A stretch of DNA of 64,000 nt from Nibricoccus sp. (GTDB lineage: Bacteria; Verrucomicrobiota; Verrucomicrobiia; Opitutales; Opitutaceae): contig JASGHG010000001.1 in assembly GCA_047602425.1 (NCBI GenBank), positions 2,432,001-2,496,000 on the forward strand. The letters run 5' to 3'. Both the position numbers and the translations under genes were made by a program. This document shows positions 8,426-17,331 of this stretch, piece by piece; within the stretch, counting starts at the first letter, position 1; every line of letters starts with the position of its first letter. Under the pieces are notes generated by a model. That model saw nothing but the letters and a program-made list of their open reading frames with translations. It made no database searches and had not been told where the DNA came from.

Positions 8426-8556
8426 CGTCGGAATAGCTTACAAAGCGATTTTCAAGCTAGCATCGAAGACTAGGAAAATATATCGCAGAAGGTGCTTTAA
8501 ATAAGGATCATATAAAACGTAAATTGCCGGAATTCTTGCGTGGCATGCAGTTGGCT
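8426..8556 (+). promoter_or_regulatory. Sigma-54 promoter with candidate PrsR enhancer site
   Basis: TGGCATGCAGTTGGCT (8541-8556) fits GG-N10-GC. CGT-N11-ACA (8426-8442) ends 100 nt upstream of the GG. The same layout occurs before the paralog at 33483. Confidence 0.7.
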
Positions 8557-8597
8557 ATATCGGCGGAGCAGATCCTTTAGCGTCCACCTTCAAATCC

Positions 8598-9296
8598 ATG
8601 AAATCTTCCCTTAAAACGTTTACCCTTTTTATCGCCCTTGCGGGCCTGGCCACGGGCGCACGAGCGGATTCGCTCAAGCTCTTCCAAGACACCACGAATT
8701 ATTCGGTAGGTATTGGCGGCGCGTTTATCGCGCAGGTCGTCAATGGTCCGATCAGCAATGCCGACTACAGCGGCGCGGCTAAAATCGGCTCGAACAGCTT
8801 TCTCACTTTCTGCATTGAGCACAACGAAACGTTCAATCCTGGCAGCAGCTACACCTACAACTACGTTTTGAATAACGGTGCGGTCAACGGCGGAGCGGGC
8901 GGTCAGACTGCCCCGAATTACGACGGAGTTTCCAATGCGACCGCATTTCTATATTCGCAGTTCGCCCAAGGGTTGCTGACGGGTGCCGCGGGTTTTGCCT
9001 ACAACACAGGCGCGACGGGTTACGGTTTTCTGCAAAACGCCATTTGGCATCTCGAAGGCGAGGGCATTGCCGAAAACGCGCTGGCTGCTTGGGCGAAAAC
9101 CCAAGTCGGCGCCAATTGGAACGCCGACAGCAATGGGTCCTACGGTGTGCAGGCGCTCAATCTCACTTACGCTTCTGGCGCTCGCGCCCAAGATCAGCTC
9201 TACTACCACAACGTTCCTGAACAGGGTTTGACGATCGCGCTGCTCGGTCTCGCCCTCATGGGCGTGGCTGGTTTCCGTCGCCTGTTTGCAAAATAA
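8598..9296 (+). CDS. PEP-CTERM (VPxxG-CTERM) sorted surface protein
   Basis: Signal peptide; C-terminal VPEQG + hydrophobic helix + RRLFAK; paralog of 33483-34181. Confidence 0.88.
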   Translation: MKSSLKTFTLFIALAGLATGARADSLKLFQDTTNYSVGIGGAFIAQVVNGPISNADYSGAAKIGSNSFLTFCIEHNETFNPGSSYTYNYVLNNGAVNGGAGGQTAPNYDGVSNATAFLYSQFAQGLLTGAAGFAYNTGATGYGFLQNAIWHLEGEGIAENALAAWAKTQVGANWNADSNGSYGVQALNLTYASGARAQDQLYYHNVPEQGLTIALLGLALMGVAGFRRLFAK

Positions 9297-9318
9297 TTTT
9301 TCAACCCGTTTCACCCCG

Positions 9319-9348
9319 AGCGCCCGGAATTCCGGGCGCTTTTTTTTT
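9319..9348 (+). terminator. Rho-independent terminator
   Basis: AGCGCCCGG-AATT-CCGGGCGCT followed by a T run. Confidence 0.85.
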
Positions 9349-9365
9349 GGCGGTGACGAGCAGTT

Positions 9366-9397
9366 AAAAAAAGCGCGGCTCAAAAGAAGCCGCGCTT
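9366..9397 (-). terminator. Rho-independent terminator of gnd
   Basis: A7-GCGCGGCT-loop-AGCCGCGC on the + strand, i.e. stem plus U-tract on the - strand. Confidence 0.8.
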
Positions 9398-9427
9398 GGA
9401 AAAGCCAATGAGTTAATTCTAGCGAGA

Positions 9428-10933
9428 TCAGGAGATCTCGATTTGTGGACGATCTTTTTCCGGCCAGTCGACGTGGAAGAACTTGCCGCGGGGCTTGTCG
9501 ACGCGTTCGTAGGTGTGGGCGCCGAAGTAGTCACGCTGGCCTTGAAGCAGATTGGCCGGCAGACGAGCCGAGCGGTAGCTGTCGTAGTAGGCGAGAGCCG
9601 AGCTGAAGGTCGGAGCAGGCACGCCACACTCGGCGGCGAGAGCAACGACTTTGCGCCAGTTTTCTTGGGCCTTCTTGACGGTTTTGTTGAAGTACGCGTC
9701 GAGCAGGAGATTTGCGAGGTCAGGCTTGCGGGCAAAGGCCTCGGTGATCTTCTGCAGGAACACGGCGCGGATGATACAGCCGCCGCGCCAAATCTGAGCG
9801 ATCTCACCGAAGTTGAGCTTCCACTTGTACTCTTTCTGGGCTTCGCGCATGAGCTGGAAACCTTGGGCGTACGAGCAGATTTTCGAGCAGTACAACGCGT
9901 CGTGAATGGCGTCGATCAGGGCTTTCTTGGAGCCTTTGTATTTTTTCTTCGGGCCTTTGAGGATCTTGGAAGCGGCGACGCGTTCTTCTTTCACTGCGGA
10001 GATGCAGCGGGCGAAAACGGATTCGGCGATCGTCGGGGCGGGCACGCCCATGTCGAGCGCGTTGACGGAGGTCCATTTGCCGGTGCCTTTTTGGCCGGCG
10101 GTGTCGAGGACGATGTCAACGAAGGCTTTTTTCGAGGCGGGATCTTTTTGTTTCAGGATGTCGGCGGTGATTTCGACGAGGAAACTGCCAAGCATGCCCT
10201 GATTCCATTCCGAGAAAACGGCGCCCATTTCGGCGGCTTTCATGCCGAGCAGGCCCTGCATTAAAGCGTAGGCTTCACAGATCATCTGCATGTCGCCGTA
10301 TTCAATGCCGTTGTGGACCATCTTGACGTAGTGGCCGGCACCGTTTTCGCCGATGTACGTGGCGCAGGGAACGCCGCCTTCAATGGGTTTGCCAGGAGCG
10401 GCGCCTTCCAGCGGGCGGCCGGTCTTGGCATCGACCTTTGCGGCGATGGCGTTCCAGACGGGAGCGAGTTCTTTATACGCGGCGGGATCGCCACCGGGCA
10501 TGAGGGCGGGGCCGAAGCGGGCGCCTTCTTCACCGCCGGAGACGCCGGAGCCGATGAAGCGCAGGCCTTTTTCGCGGAGATTTTTCTCGCGACGAATGGT
10601 GTCGGTCCAGAGGGCGTTGCCGCCGTCGATCACGATATCGTTTTGCTCAAGAAGGGGGATGAGACTGTCGATGACGGCGTCGGTACCTTTGCCGGCTTGG
10701 ACGAGGATGACGATCTTGCGGGGCTTGGCGAGGGATTGGACGAATTCCTCAAGCGTCTTTGCGCCAACGAGGCCGCCGGGCGTATTGGGATTCTCGGCGA
10801 CGAATTTTTCCGTCTTTTCCGTGGTTCGGTTGTAGACCGAGATTTGGAAGCCGTGGTCGGCTATGTTGAGAGCGAGGTTCTGACCCATCACGGCCAGACC
10901 GATGAGTCCGATGTCAGATTGTGCTTTGGGCAT
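9428..10933 (-). CDS. gnd: 6-phosphogluconate dehydrogenase, NADP-dependent, decarboxylating
   Basis: [72 protein letters not shown]. Start taken at MPKAQ. Confidence 0.97.
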   Translation of the reverse strand: MPKAQSDIGLIGLAVMGQNLALNIADHGFQISVYNRTTEKTEKFVAENPNTPGGLVGAKTLEEFVQSLAKPRKIVILVQAGKGTDAVIDSLIPLLEQNDIVIDGGNALWTDTIRREKNLREKGLRFIGSGVSGGEEGARFGPALMPGGDPAAYKELAPVWNAIAAKVDAKTGRPLEGAAPGKPIEGGVPCATYIGENGAGHYVKMVHNGIEYGDMQMICEAYALMQGLLGMKAAEMGAVFSEWNQGMLGSFLVEITADILKQKDPASKKAFVDIVLDTAGQKGTGKWTSVNALDMGVPAPTIAESVFARCISAVKEERVAASKILKGPKKKYKGSKKALIDAIHDALYCSKICSYAQGFQLMREAQKEYKWKLNFGEIAQIWRGGCIIRAVFLQKITEAFARKPDLANLLLDAYFNKTVKKAQENWRKVVALAAECGVPAPTFSSALAYYDSYRSARLPANLLQGQRDYFGAHTYERVDKPRGKFFHVDWPEKDRPQIEIS

Positions 10934-11029
10934 AGGGATGTGGAGCCCGACAGCTAGCCAGAAAGGGCGGCTGAAAACCACCCCAAAAATTAATGACACC
11001 GATAAGTTGGCGCAGGGGTGCCTGCGTTA

Positions 11030-11413
11030 CTATTTAGCCGGCTGCGTTGTAGTCGGTGCGGACTTGGACGGCGCCGGGTTTTTCCGTACGCCCGGCTTGG
11101 TCGCGTCCTGCTGCTGCTTGTCGTCGTACGATCCTTTGGTGGGAAACCATTGGGCGAGGATATCGACGAGGGGTGTGAGGGCTTTGGGCTCGTTGCGGTT
11201 ATAGATCCAGTTGAAGCCAATCACGCCAAAAACGACCGCCAGCACAATCACTAGAATGATCTTGTTCATCCCCGCCACTTTCCTGAACAGGAAGATGAGA
11301 AGCGACAGGATCACTATGCCCAAGATGACCTTAATCCAGAACTGCCCGGAGACGTTCTGTAATTTTTCGAGAGGGGTGACTCTTTCGGCGGCAGCAGCCA
11401 GGAGCAGTAACAT
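11030..11413 (-). CDS. Hypothetical membrane protein (2 transmembrane helices)
   Basis: Two hydrophobic segments and a WIYNRNEP motif; fills the gap upstream of gnd. Confidence 0.65.
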   Translation of the reverse strand: MLLLLAAAAERVTPLEKLQNVSGQFWIKVILGIVILSLLIFLFRKVAGMNKIILVIVLAVVFGVIGFNWIYNRNEPKALTPLVDILAQWFPTKGSYDDKQQQDATKPGVRKNPAPSKSAPTTTQPAK

Positions 11414-11569
11414 ACGGCATGAAAGATATCCCAGTGGCCGGCTCTGACCAGTTAAATTGTTTCGCCGGCCGGCCTTTAGCTTCTTTTTGGCAAAGCGGCG
11501 CTTGCGTGGCCCGGGATGTGTTTATGTTTGGCTCAGCACGTGTTAAACTGCCAGATTTCCGCCAACGCC

Positions 11570-12655
11570 ATGGAAGAAGCCGAATATTCGCGTCGTACCC
11601 GCCAGAAAAAGCCCAGCTTTTCCATTAGCGAGACTTTGAGGGCATACTTGCGGCGTTACCGACGAGAGCGCGAGCTGCCCGTACCTTACGAGCGTCTGCG
11701 CCGCTTCACGGAGACGGCTCCGCTGTACGATGAAAACGGCAAGCCGACACTTTGGGAAACCGTCGTTTATGACCGGCTGGAAATGGAATCCCTGCAGGAG
11801 GATCTGAAGCGGATCTATGCGTTGTTGCGTGTCGACGGCGATCTCTCGGTGATGCAGCACCTTTATGTCGACCGGATCGATTACTGCGCGTTCGGCAATT
11901 CCGCGCCATTTCGTATCCGGATTGTGAATGCGTACAACGACAACCCGGATTACTTTTACATCAAGCGAGGCGACGCTTCCCGTGTTTATGGGTTGGAATT
12001 GGAGCACCTGCTGTCGCCAAATCGAATGCATTATCTCACCTACGGCGACACCTTGGTCGAGGAGCACGTGGCCGGCATCCCCGGGGATGTCTTTATCAGC
12101 CGCTGGCTGCACAGCGAAGAACTAAAACCAATCCGCGTAGCCAAAGAATTGGTGAAATTCAACGAACGCTGCTTTGTGCGCCTGCTGGGCGATATGCGCA
12201 GTTACAATTTTGTCGTTGTGATCACTCCCGACTTCGAGGGCGCGCAAATCCGCATCCGTGCGATGGATTTTGACCAGCAGACCTACGAGGGTCGCATGAA
12301 TCTCTACAAACCGCAGTTTTTCCGGGAGAACAAGCCGCTCGCACTTTTCTGCGTGCAACATCTTCGGGTGGAAACTGCGCGCCAATATCAGCGTGAGGAA
12401 CAAGTCTTGATGCTTCAACGTAGAGCAATCATTGGCGAACGGTTCGATATGATGCTCGATGCAATGTCGCGTGACGAACTCGCGCCGATGGAAAATGTAA
12501 TCGAGCTGCGCGAAGGCCTGGCGGCTCACTACGGACGGACGGCCTATCTTCGATGCAATTCCATGGGTGAACTGGTTCGGGAGAACATGGAGAGCATTCG
12601 CCTGGCGGTCGATGCACCGCAAAAAGCCGCGACCCGGCCCGAGGAATACGAATAA
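11570..12655 (+). CDS. Conserved hypothetical protein with atypical-kinase-like motifs
   Basis: 361-aa ORF with YFYIKRGD, GLELEH, LLGDMRSYNF and RAMDFDQ. Confidence 0.75.
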   Translation: MEEAEYSRRTRQKKPSFSISETLRAYLRRYRRERELPVPYERLRRFTETAPLYDENGKPTLWETVVYDRLEMESLQEDLKRIYALLRVDGDLSVMQHLYVDRIDYCAFGNSAPFRIRIVNAYNDNPDYFYIKRGDASRVYGLELEHLLSPNRMHYLTYGDTLVEEHVAGIPGDVFISRWLHSEELKPIRVAKELVKFNERCFVRLLGDMRSYNFVVVITPDFEGAQIRIRAMDFDQQTYEGRMNLYKPQFFRENKPLALFCVQHLRVETARQYQREEQVLMLQRRAIIGERFDMMLDAMSRDELAPMENVIELREGLAAHYGRTAYLRCNSMGELVRENMESIRLAVDAPQKAATRPEEYE

Positions 12656-12673
12656 GCGGAAAGATGCCGGAAA

Positions 12674-14254
12674 TCAGAGGTCGGGAGTCGGCATCGGTAT
12701 TCCAACACCCGCGTGCCGGCCTTGGCGGCGGGCCGTGCTGAGTTCACCGCCATTGTTGTTTATGCGGGTCGAAACAGGTTCTCCCGGCAAATATTTTCGT
12801 AAAAATGGCGGCATTTCACCACGACCGCCGCGTTGGAAATCTCGCCAGAGAGCTGCGGCGACGAGACCGGAGTTTTGGCGAAGCTCAATTGTTAGGAAAT
12901 CGAAAAGGAGCTCCATCAACGTCACGAGTGCGATGGCATGATGGCGGCCTTCACGTTCGAAAAGCCAGTCACTCAGACGCAAAAAGGAGAAAAACGGCGA
13001 CGGAATTTTGCCGGTTTCAGCTGCTCCCCACACGAGTGGCGTGGTCTCGACGAAATTGCCGCTATTCCCGATCAAGTCCCAATAACGCGCAAACCGGCGC
13101 AGGCGCTGCATCGTCGGAAAATCGATCAATTTATTACGCAAAATTTCGTAGGTGGGCAGCGGCGAGTAGGCCATGTCCCACGTTTGGTCGTGCCGTGAAA
13201 TCGGTGTGCCGCGCAGGCGTTTGAGAATGCCGACCTGTATTTCGTGCGGGTGCAAGGCGACGAGGCGATCAAAGCCGGCGGCAAAACTTTCCAACGTCTC
13301 GCCCGGCAGTCCGGCGATGAGATCCGCGTGGAGATGGACGGTGGTTTTGGCCCGGAGGTAGCGGAAATTGTCTTCGAGCTTTTCGTAGTTCTGCCGACGG
13401 CTGATCAGCGTGGCCACTTCGGGATTGAAAGTCTGCACGCCAACCTCGAGTTGCATAGAGCCGGCGGGAAAACGTGCCAGCAATTCGCGCAGTTCGGGCG
13501 GCAAGCGGTCGGGCACCATTTCGAAATGCAGAAAAATGCCGGGCCGCAGACGCGCGAGGAAAAATTCCAGAATTTGCCGGCTGACCGCGAGGTTCAAATT
13601 GAAGGTTCGGTCGACGAATTTAAAATGCTGCACGCCTCGCGTAAGCAGCCGATCAAGCGCGGTGAGGAACGCATCGAGAGGCGCTTGCCGAACCGGTATA
13701 TCGAGGGAAGACAGGCAGAACTCGCAGCTAAATGGGCAACCGCGCGAAGCCTCGACGTAAATCAGACGATGCGCAACATCGTCTTCACGGTATTCATCGT
13801 AGGGAAGCGTGAGTTTGGCGAAATCGGGCAGCGGCGCCGAAATGATTTTTCCCGCCGGTGGCGAACCCGCGAGAATTTGACGGCAAAGTTCGGCAAACGC
13901 CAGGTCGCCTTCACCCTTGATCGTATAATCGGCAAATTTGACGATGTCTTGTTGTTCGGTTTCATAACTGACCTCGGGGCCTCCGAGCATGACGATCACG
14001 TCGGGGCGGGTTTTTTTCAGCAATGCCACGAGTTCGGTGGTTGGTGTAGCGTTCCAGATATAGACGCCGAGTCCGACAATGCGCGGATTGTGTGACAGGA
14101 TTTTCTCGGCTATTTCCAACGGCCGCTGGTTGATAATGAATTCATCCAGCACCGCACGCGGACGCAGATCCCCCAAGTTGGCCAGCAAATAACGCAGGCC
14201 AAAGGAAGCGTGAATGTATTTCGCATTAAGCGTCGCAAGGACGATGTCAGGCAT
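12674..14254 (-). CDS. B12-binding radical SAM protein (DUF4080-type)
   Basis: N-terminal LNAKYIH..GLRYL and GGPEVSY; EASRGCPFSCEFCLSS (CxxxCxxC); FKFVDRTFN. Confidence 0.9.
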   Translation of the reverse strand: MPDIVLATLNAKYIHASFGLRYLLANLGDLRPRAVLDEFIINQRPLEIAEKILSHNPRIVGLGVYIWNATPTTELVALLKKTRPDVIVMLGGPEVSYETEQQDIVKFADYTIKGEGDLAFAELCRQILAGSPPAGKIISAPLPDFAKLTLPYDEYREDDVAHRLIYVEASRGCPFSCEFCLSSLDIPVRQAPLDAFLTALDRLLTRGVQHFKFVDRTFNLNLAVSRQILEFFLARLRPGIFLHFEMVPDRLPPELRELLARFPAGSMQLEVGVQTFNPEVATLISRRQNYEKLEDNFRYLRAKTTVHLHADLIAGLPGETLESFAAGFDRLVALHPHEIQVGILKRLRGTPISRHDQTWDMAYSPLPTYEILRNKLIDFPTMQRLRRFARYWDLIGNSGNFVETTPLVWGAAETGKIPSPFFSFLRLSDWLFEREGRHHAIALVTLMELLFDFLTIELRQNSGLVAAALWRDFQRGGRGEMPPFLRKYLPGEPVSTRINNNGGELSTARRQGRHAGVGIPMPTPDL

Positions 14255-14456
14255 CGGGCTCCACGATCAAAGCATCGTGGAGAAATCTCAAACGCCAAAG
14301 CTGCAAATCCCAAAGGCTCTGCTACGCGGGGGCGGCTCCGCTTGGTTCCAAACAGACCAAAGACATGGGTGACAGGTGTTCGGAGACATAGGTAGCACTC
14401 GCGAGCCAATCGCCGAAGCTGTCATTGCCGGTGTTAGCGTTGTCACCCGCTGCCCG

Positions 14457-14489
14457 AAAAAAAGCGGATGCCGACGAAGCGGCATCCGC
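14457..14489 (-). terminator. Rho-independent terminator
   Basis: A7-GCGGATGCCG-ACGAAG-CGGCATCCGC just downstream of the glutamate-synthase-family gene. Confidence 0.8.
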
Positions 14490-14515
14490 GATGTAATATT
14501 AGGACTGGATAATGG

Positions 14516-16150
14516 TTAGATCAGGAGGACGGCGATGGCTTTGTCATGCTCGGCGTCGGTCATGTAGGGGATGCCGGTTTCCTTTGCGGTTTCGCGGTTG
14601 GCGGACATGAGATCATTGCGCGAGAGGTCGCAGAGGCGCGATTTGCGAGCGCCAGCCATGAATTGTTGCAGGCCGCAGGCGAGCTTGTCGGCGTAGCCGT
14701 ACATCGCGATCGCGCCGAGCGGGATGTTTTTCATTTCGGCGGCGCCGACTTTCTTCGCAACGGATTCCCAGGCGACGAAGATCTCCTCGGGCTTGTCGCC
14801 GAAGGCCGTGACGGACGGGGGCAAGTCTTCCCAATGGCCGTGAACTTCGGCGCGTTTCTCGGGGCGGAGCACGCCTTCGATGTTGCTGCCGAGGAAGGCG
14901 GGGATCATCGGGGCGCGGCCCATGCAGACGAGCTTCACGAAGGGAGCGCCAAGCGTGAGGGCTTTGAAGACGTGGTCTTCGCGGGCGAAGCCGCCGGCGA
15001 ACGACAGGTCGGGAACTTTCATGCCGCGGTCGGCGAGCATTTTGGTGTACTCGTAGGCGCGGGTGTGGAGCGAGAGCGAGGGCACGCCCCAGTATTCCAT
15101 CATGTTCCACGGGCTCATGCCGGTGCCGCCGCCCGAACCATCGATCGTAAGTAAATCGAGTCCGGCGTCGGTGGCGCAACGAATCGCGAGAGCCAGCGCC
15201 TCCATACCGTAGGAACCGGTCTTGAGCGTGATGCGCTTGTGGCCAATGCTGCGCAGGTAGGCGACGGCTTTCATGAAGTCTTCGCGGACTTGGGCGGCGT
15301 TGTTGAGGTTGGTTCCGCCGAGGCGGCTGTGGCGGGCGAAGTGGCGGATGGCGCCTTCCTTGAAACCGGCTTCGACGACGGGATCGTACGGATCAGGATC
15401 GACGATGTAACCGCGATCTTTGAGGAAGCGAGCATACTCGATGTTATCGACCTGGATTTCGCCGCCGATGCATTTGGCGCCCTGGCCCCACTTGAGCTCG
15501 AGGATGACTTTATCGCCGTATTTGTTTATCAAATACTCAGCCACGCCGTTGCGGGTGTCCTCGACGTTCATTTGCACGATCATCGCGCCGTGGCCGTCGT
15601 AGTAGCGGAAGAAAACTTCAATGCGGCGGTCGAGTTCGGGCGAAATTTCGATGCAGCCTTTTTTGAGGACGGATTTTTTGTCCACGCCGACAACATTTTC
15701 ACCAACGACGATCGGGAAACCAGCGAGCGCGGCGCCGATGGCGAAAGAATTCCAATAACGTGCGGCGACGAAGGTCGAGCCAAGCGCGCCGGTCATGATC
15801 GGGACGCGGCATTTTACGGGAATGTTGCGACCGAACTGGGTCGAGATGTCGACGTTGGGGAAGATGCAGTTGTCGGCGTCGTGGTTGCCGTTGTTGCCGT
15901 GCCAGCCGTAGGCGTAGCCTTGGATGCGGAGCGATTGATAGCCGACACCGACTGCGGTGGTGTTGGATGAGCCAGAGGTGATGTAGCCGAATTTGCGCGG
16001 GTAAAGCAGCTCGCGTCCGCGCATCGACGAAAGCCATGTCTCGCATTTACCTTTGCAGGCGGAGTCGCAAAGGGTGCAGAGGCCGGATTCACAGGCGTTG
16101 CCTCGGTTTACGGTGCCGAGCGCGTCATTACTTTTTCTCCATTCGATCAT
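14516..16150 (-). CDS. FMN-binding glutamate synthase family protein
   Basis: ELKWGQGAK..GGE, TIDGSGGGTG, KALTLGA..VCMGR and an N-terminal Cys cluster. Start taken at MIEWRK. Confidence 0.88.
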   Translation of the reverse strand: MIEWRKSNDALGTVNRGNACESGLCTLCDSACKGKCETWLSSMRGRELLYPRKFGYITSGSSNTTAVGVGYQSLRIQGYAYGWHGNNGNHDADNCIFPNVDISTQFGRNIPVKCRVPIMTGALGSTFVAARYWNSFAIGAALAGFPIVVGENVVGVDKKSVLKKGCIEISPELDRRIEVFFRYYDGHGAMIVQMNVEDTRNGVAEYLINKYGDKVILELKWGQGAKCIGGEIQVDNIEYARFLKDRGYIVDPDPYDPVVEAGFKEGAIRHFARHSRLGGTNLNNAAQVREDFMKAVAYLRSIGHKRITLKTGSYGMEALALAIRCATDAGLDLLTIDGSGGGTGMSPWNMMEYWGVPSLSLHTRAYEYTKMLADRGMKVPDLSFAGGFAREDHVFKALTLGAPFVKLVCMGRAPMIPAFLGSNIEGVLRPEKRAEVHGHWEDLPPSVTAFGDKPEEIFVAWESVAKKVGAAEMKNIPLGAIAMYGYADKLACGLQQFMAGARKSRLCDLSRNDLMSANRETAKETGIPYMTDAEHDKAIAVLLI

Positions 16151-16274
16151 GACAATTAGGTTTAGGGTTGGAGGGGTTGTGAGTGCGGCGCTCTCCGGGA
16201 AAAAACCCAAGCAGGCGCCAAGGAATACGAACGCGGAAACGCTGATAAGAAACACTGGCAGAGGCGAGAGCTAA

Positions 16275-16293
16275 CTATGAAAATATTTCATAG
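16275..16293. promoter_or_regulatory. Palindromic operator (LysR-type-like) upstream of the glutamate synthase family gene
   Basis: CTATGAAA-ATA-TTTCATAG is a perfect 8-bp inverted repeat with a T-N11-A core. Confidence 0.45.
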
Positions 16294-16753
16294 CAACGTC
16301 CGCCATTTGCTTTCCGGAGAATCTTTACTCGGCATTGGAGGCACGGCTTTGTGCATCTGCCGCCTTCCGATCTTCAGTTGCGCAGGGCCCGCAAACAACC
16401 GCGCAGGTGAAACCGCAGTTTACCGAAATGTCTCGTCATGAGATCGCGCCAGACCGCTCGTCCATTGAGGGCGAGTTGCTGAGACCGCGTCAGAATGTGG
16501 TCGGTGATCATGCTACATTCTATTCTACGGATTTGGCGCTGAGATGTTACAAGGTAACGGCTAATGAACTACGGAAGTTATTTTAGCAGAGCGTCTTAAA
16601 TCGATATTTCTGCTTGTAGAAACAGCCCGCAAGTGGAGCCCGAAAGGACATTCTTAAATTGTGCTCGAGAAAACTTAAGCTGAGAAGGAGCGACGAACTG
16701 CGGATTAAATTTACCTACAAACGCTTACTTCTGTGCCGATGCAGTAACTGATT

Positions 16754-16783
16754 TTGACATTGAAACCCAATCTCATTTAGCTT
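16754..16783 (+). promoter_or_regulatory. Sigma-70 promoter overlapped by a Fur-box-like site for the feo operon
   Basis: TTGACA (16754-16759) and TAGCTT (16778-16783). The 19-mer ATTGAAACCCAATCTCATT (16759-16777) resembles a Fur box. Confidence 0.55.
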
Positions 16784-16797
16784 CCCTTCATTCTGTT

Positions 16798-17061
16798 ATG
16801 TCCACGCCTGAAGAAAATAAGCCTAGCAATCTCGTGCCGCTGACGGAGCTTCCCGTTGGTTCCAGCGACCGGGTTCAGGAACTTTCGGGCAAGACGGAGG
16901 TTTGTCAGCGACTGCGTGAAATGGGCTTTTGCGAATCGGCCGTCATCGAAAAAGTGTCGGGCGTTCACACCGTACTTTGCCAGGTTTGCGGCACGCGCAT
17001 TGCGCTGTCCGACAAGGCCGCGCAACACATCCTGGTGGAGCAAATCCGCCGCACTGCCTGA
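16798..17061 (+). CDS. feoA: Ferrous iron transport protein A
   Basis: RLREMGF motif, SH3-like FeoA size, upstream of feoB. Confidence 0.85.
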   Translation: MSTPEENKPSNLVPLTELPVGSSDRVQELSGKTEVCQRLREMGFCESAVIEKVSGVHTVLCQVCGTRIALSDKAAQHILVEQIRRTA

Positions 17062-17091
17062 GCTCGGCAAAGTCGCTGGTTTTTTGTCGAT

Positions 17092-17331
17092 ATGACCGCG
17101 TTGTTGAAACTTTCCGAAATGGTCGTCGGTTCCCAAGCCGTGGTGCGTGAGTTCCCGAAACAAGGCTCGGCTTTTTTGCGTTTAAGGGAAATGGGCGTGA
17201 TGCCGGGAACGGCGTTGACGCTGGTGCGGCTTGCGCCGTTGGGCGATCCGCTGGAGATCAAAGTCCGCGGTTACAACCTGACATTGCGCAAGAGCGAGGC
17301 CGAGCACATCCTCGTCGAAGCCAAATCATGA
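17092..17331 (+). CDS. feoA: Ferrous iron transport protein A (second copy)
   Basis: RLREMGVMPG..APLGDPLEIKVRGYNLTLRKSEA. Confidence 0.93.
   Translation: MTALLKLSEMVVGSQAVVREFPKQGSAFLRLREMGVMPGTALTLVRLAPLGDPLEIKVRGYNLTLRKSEAEHILVEAKS

Noticed and set aside
16440..16494. Direct repeat TGAGAYCGCGYCAGA (2 copies, 40 nt apart)
   Set aside because: Only two imperfect copies; not a CRISPR array and no supporting context.
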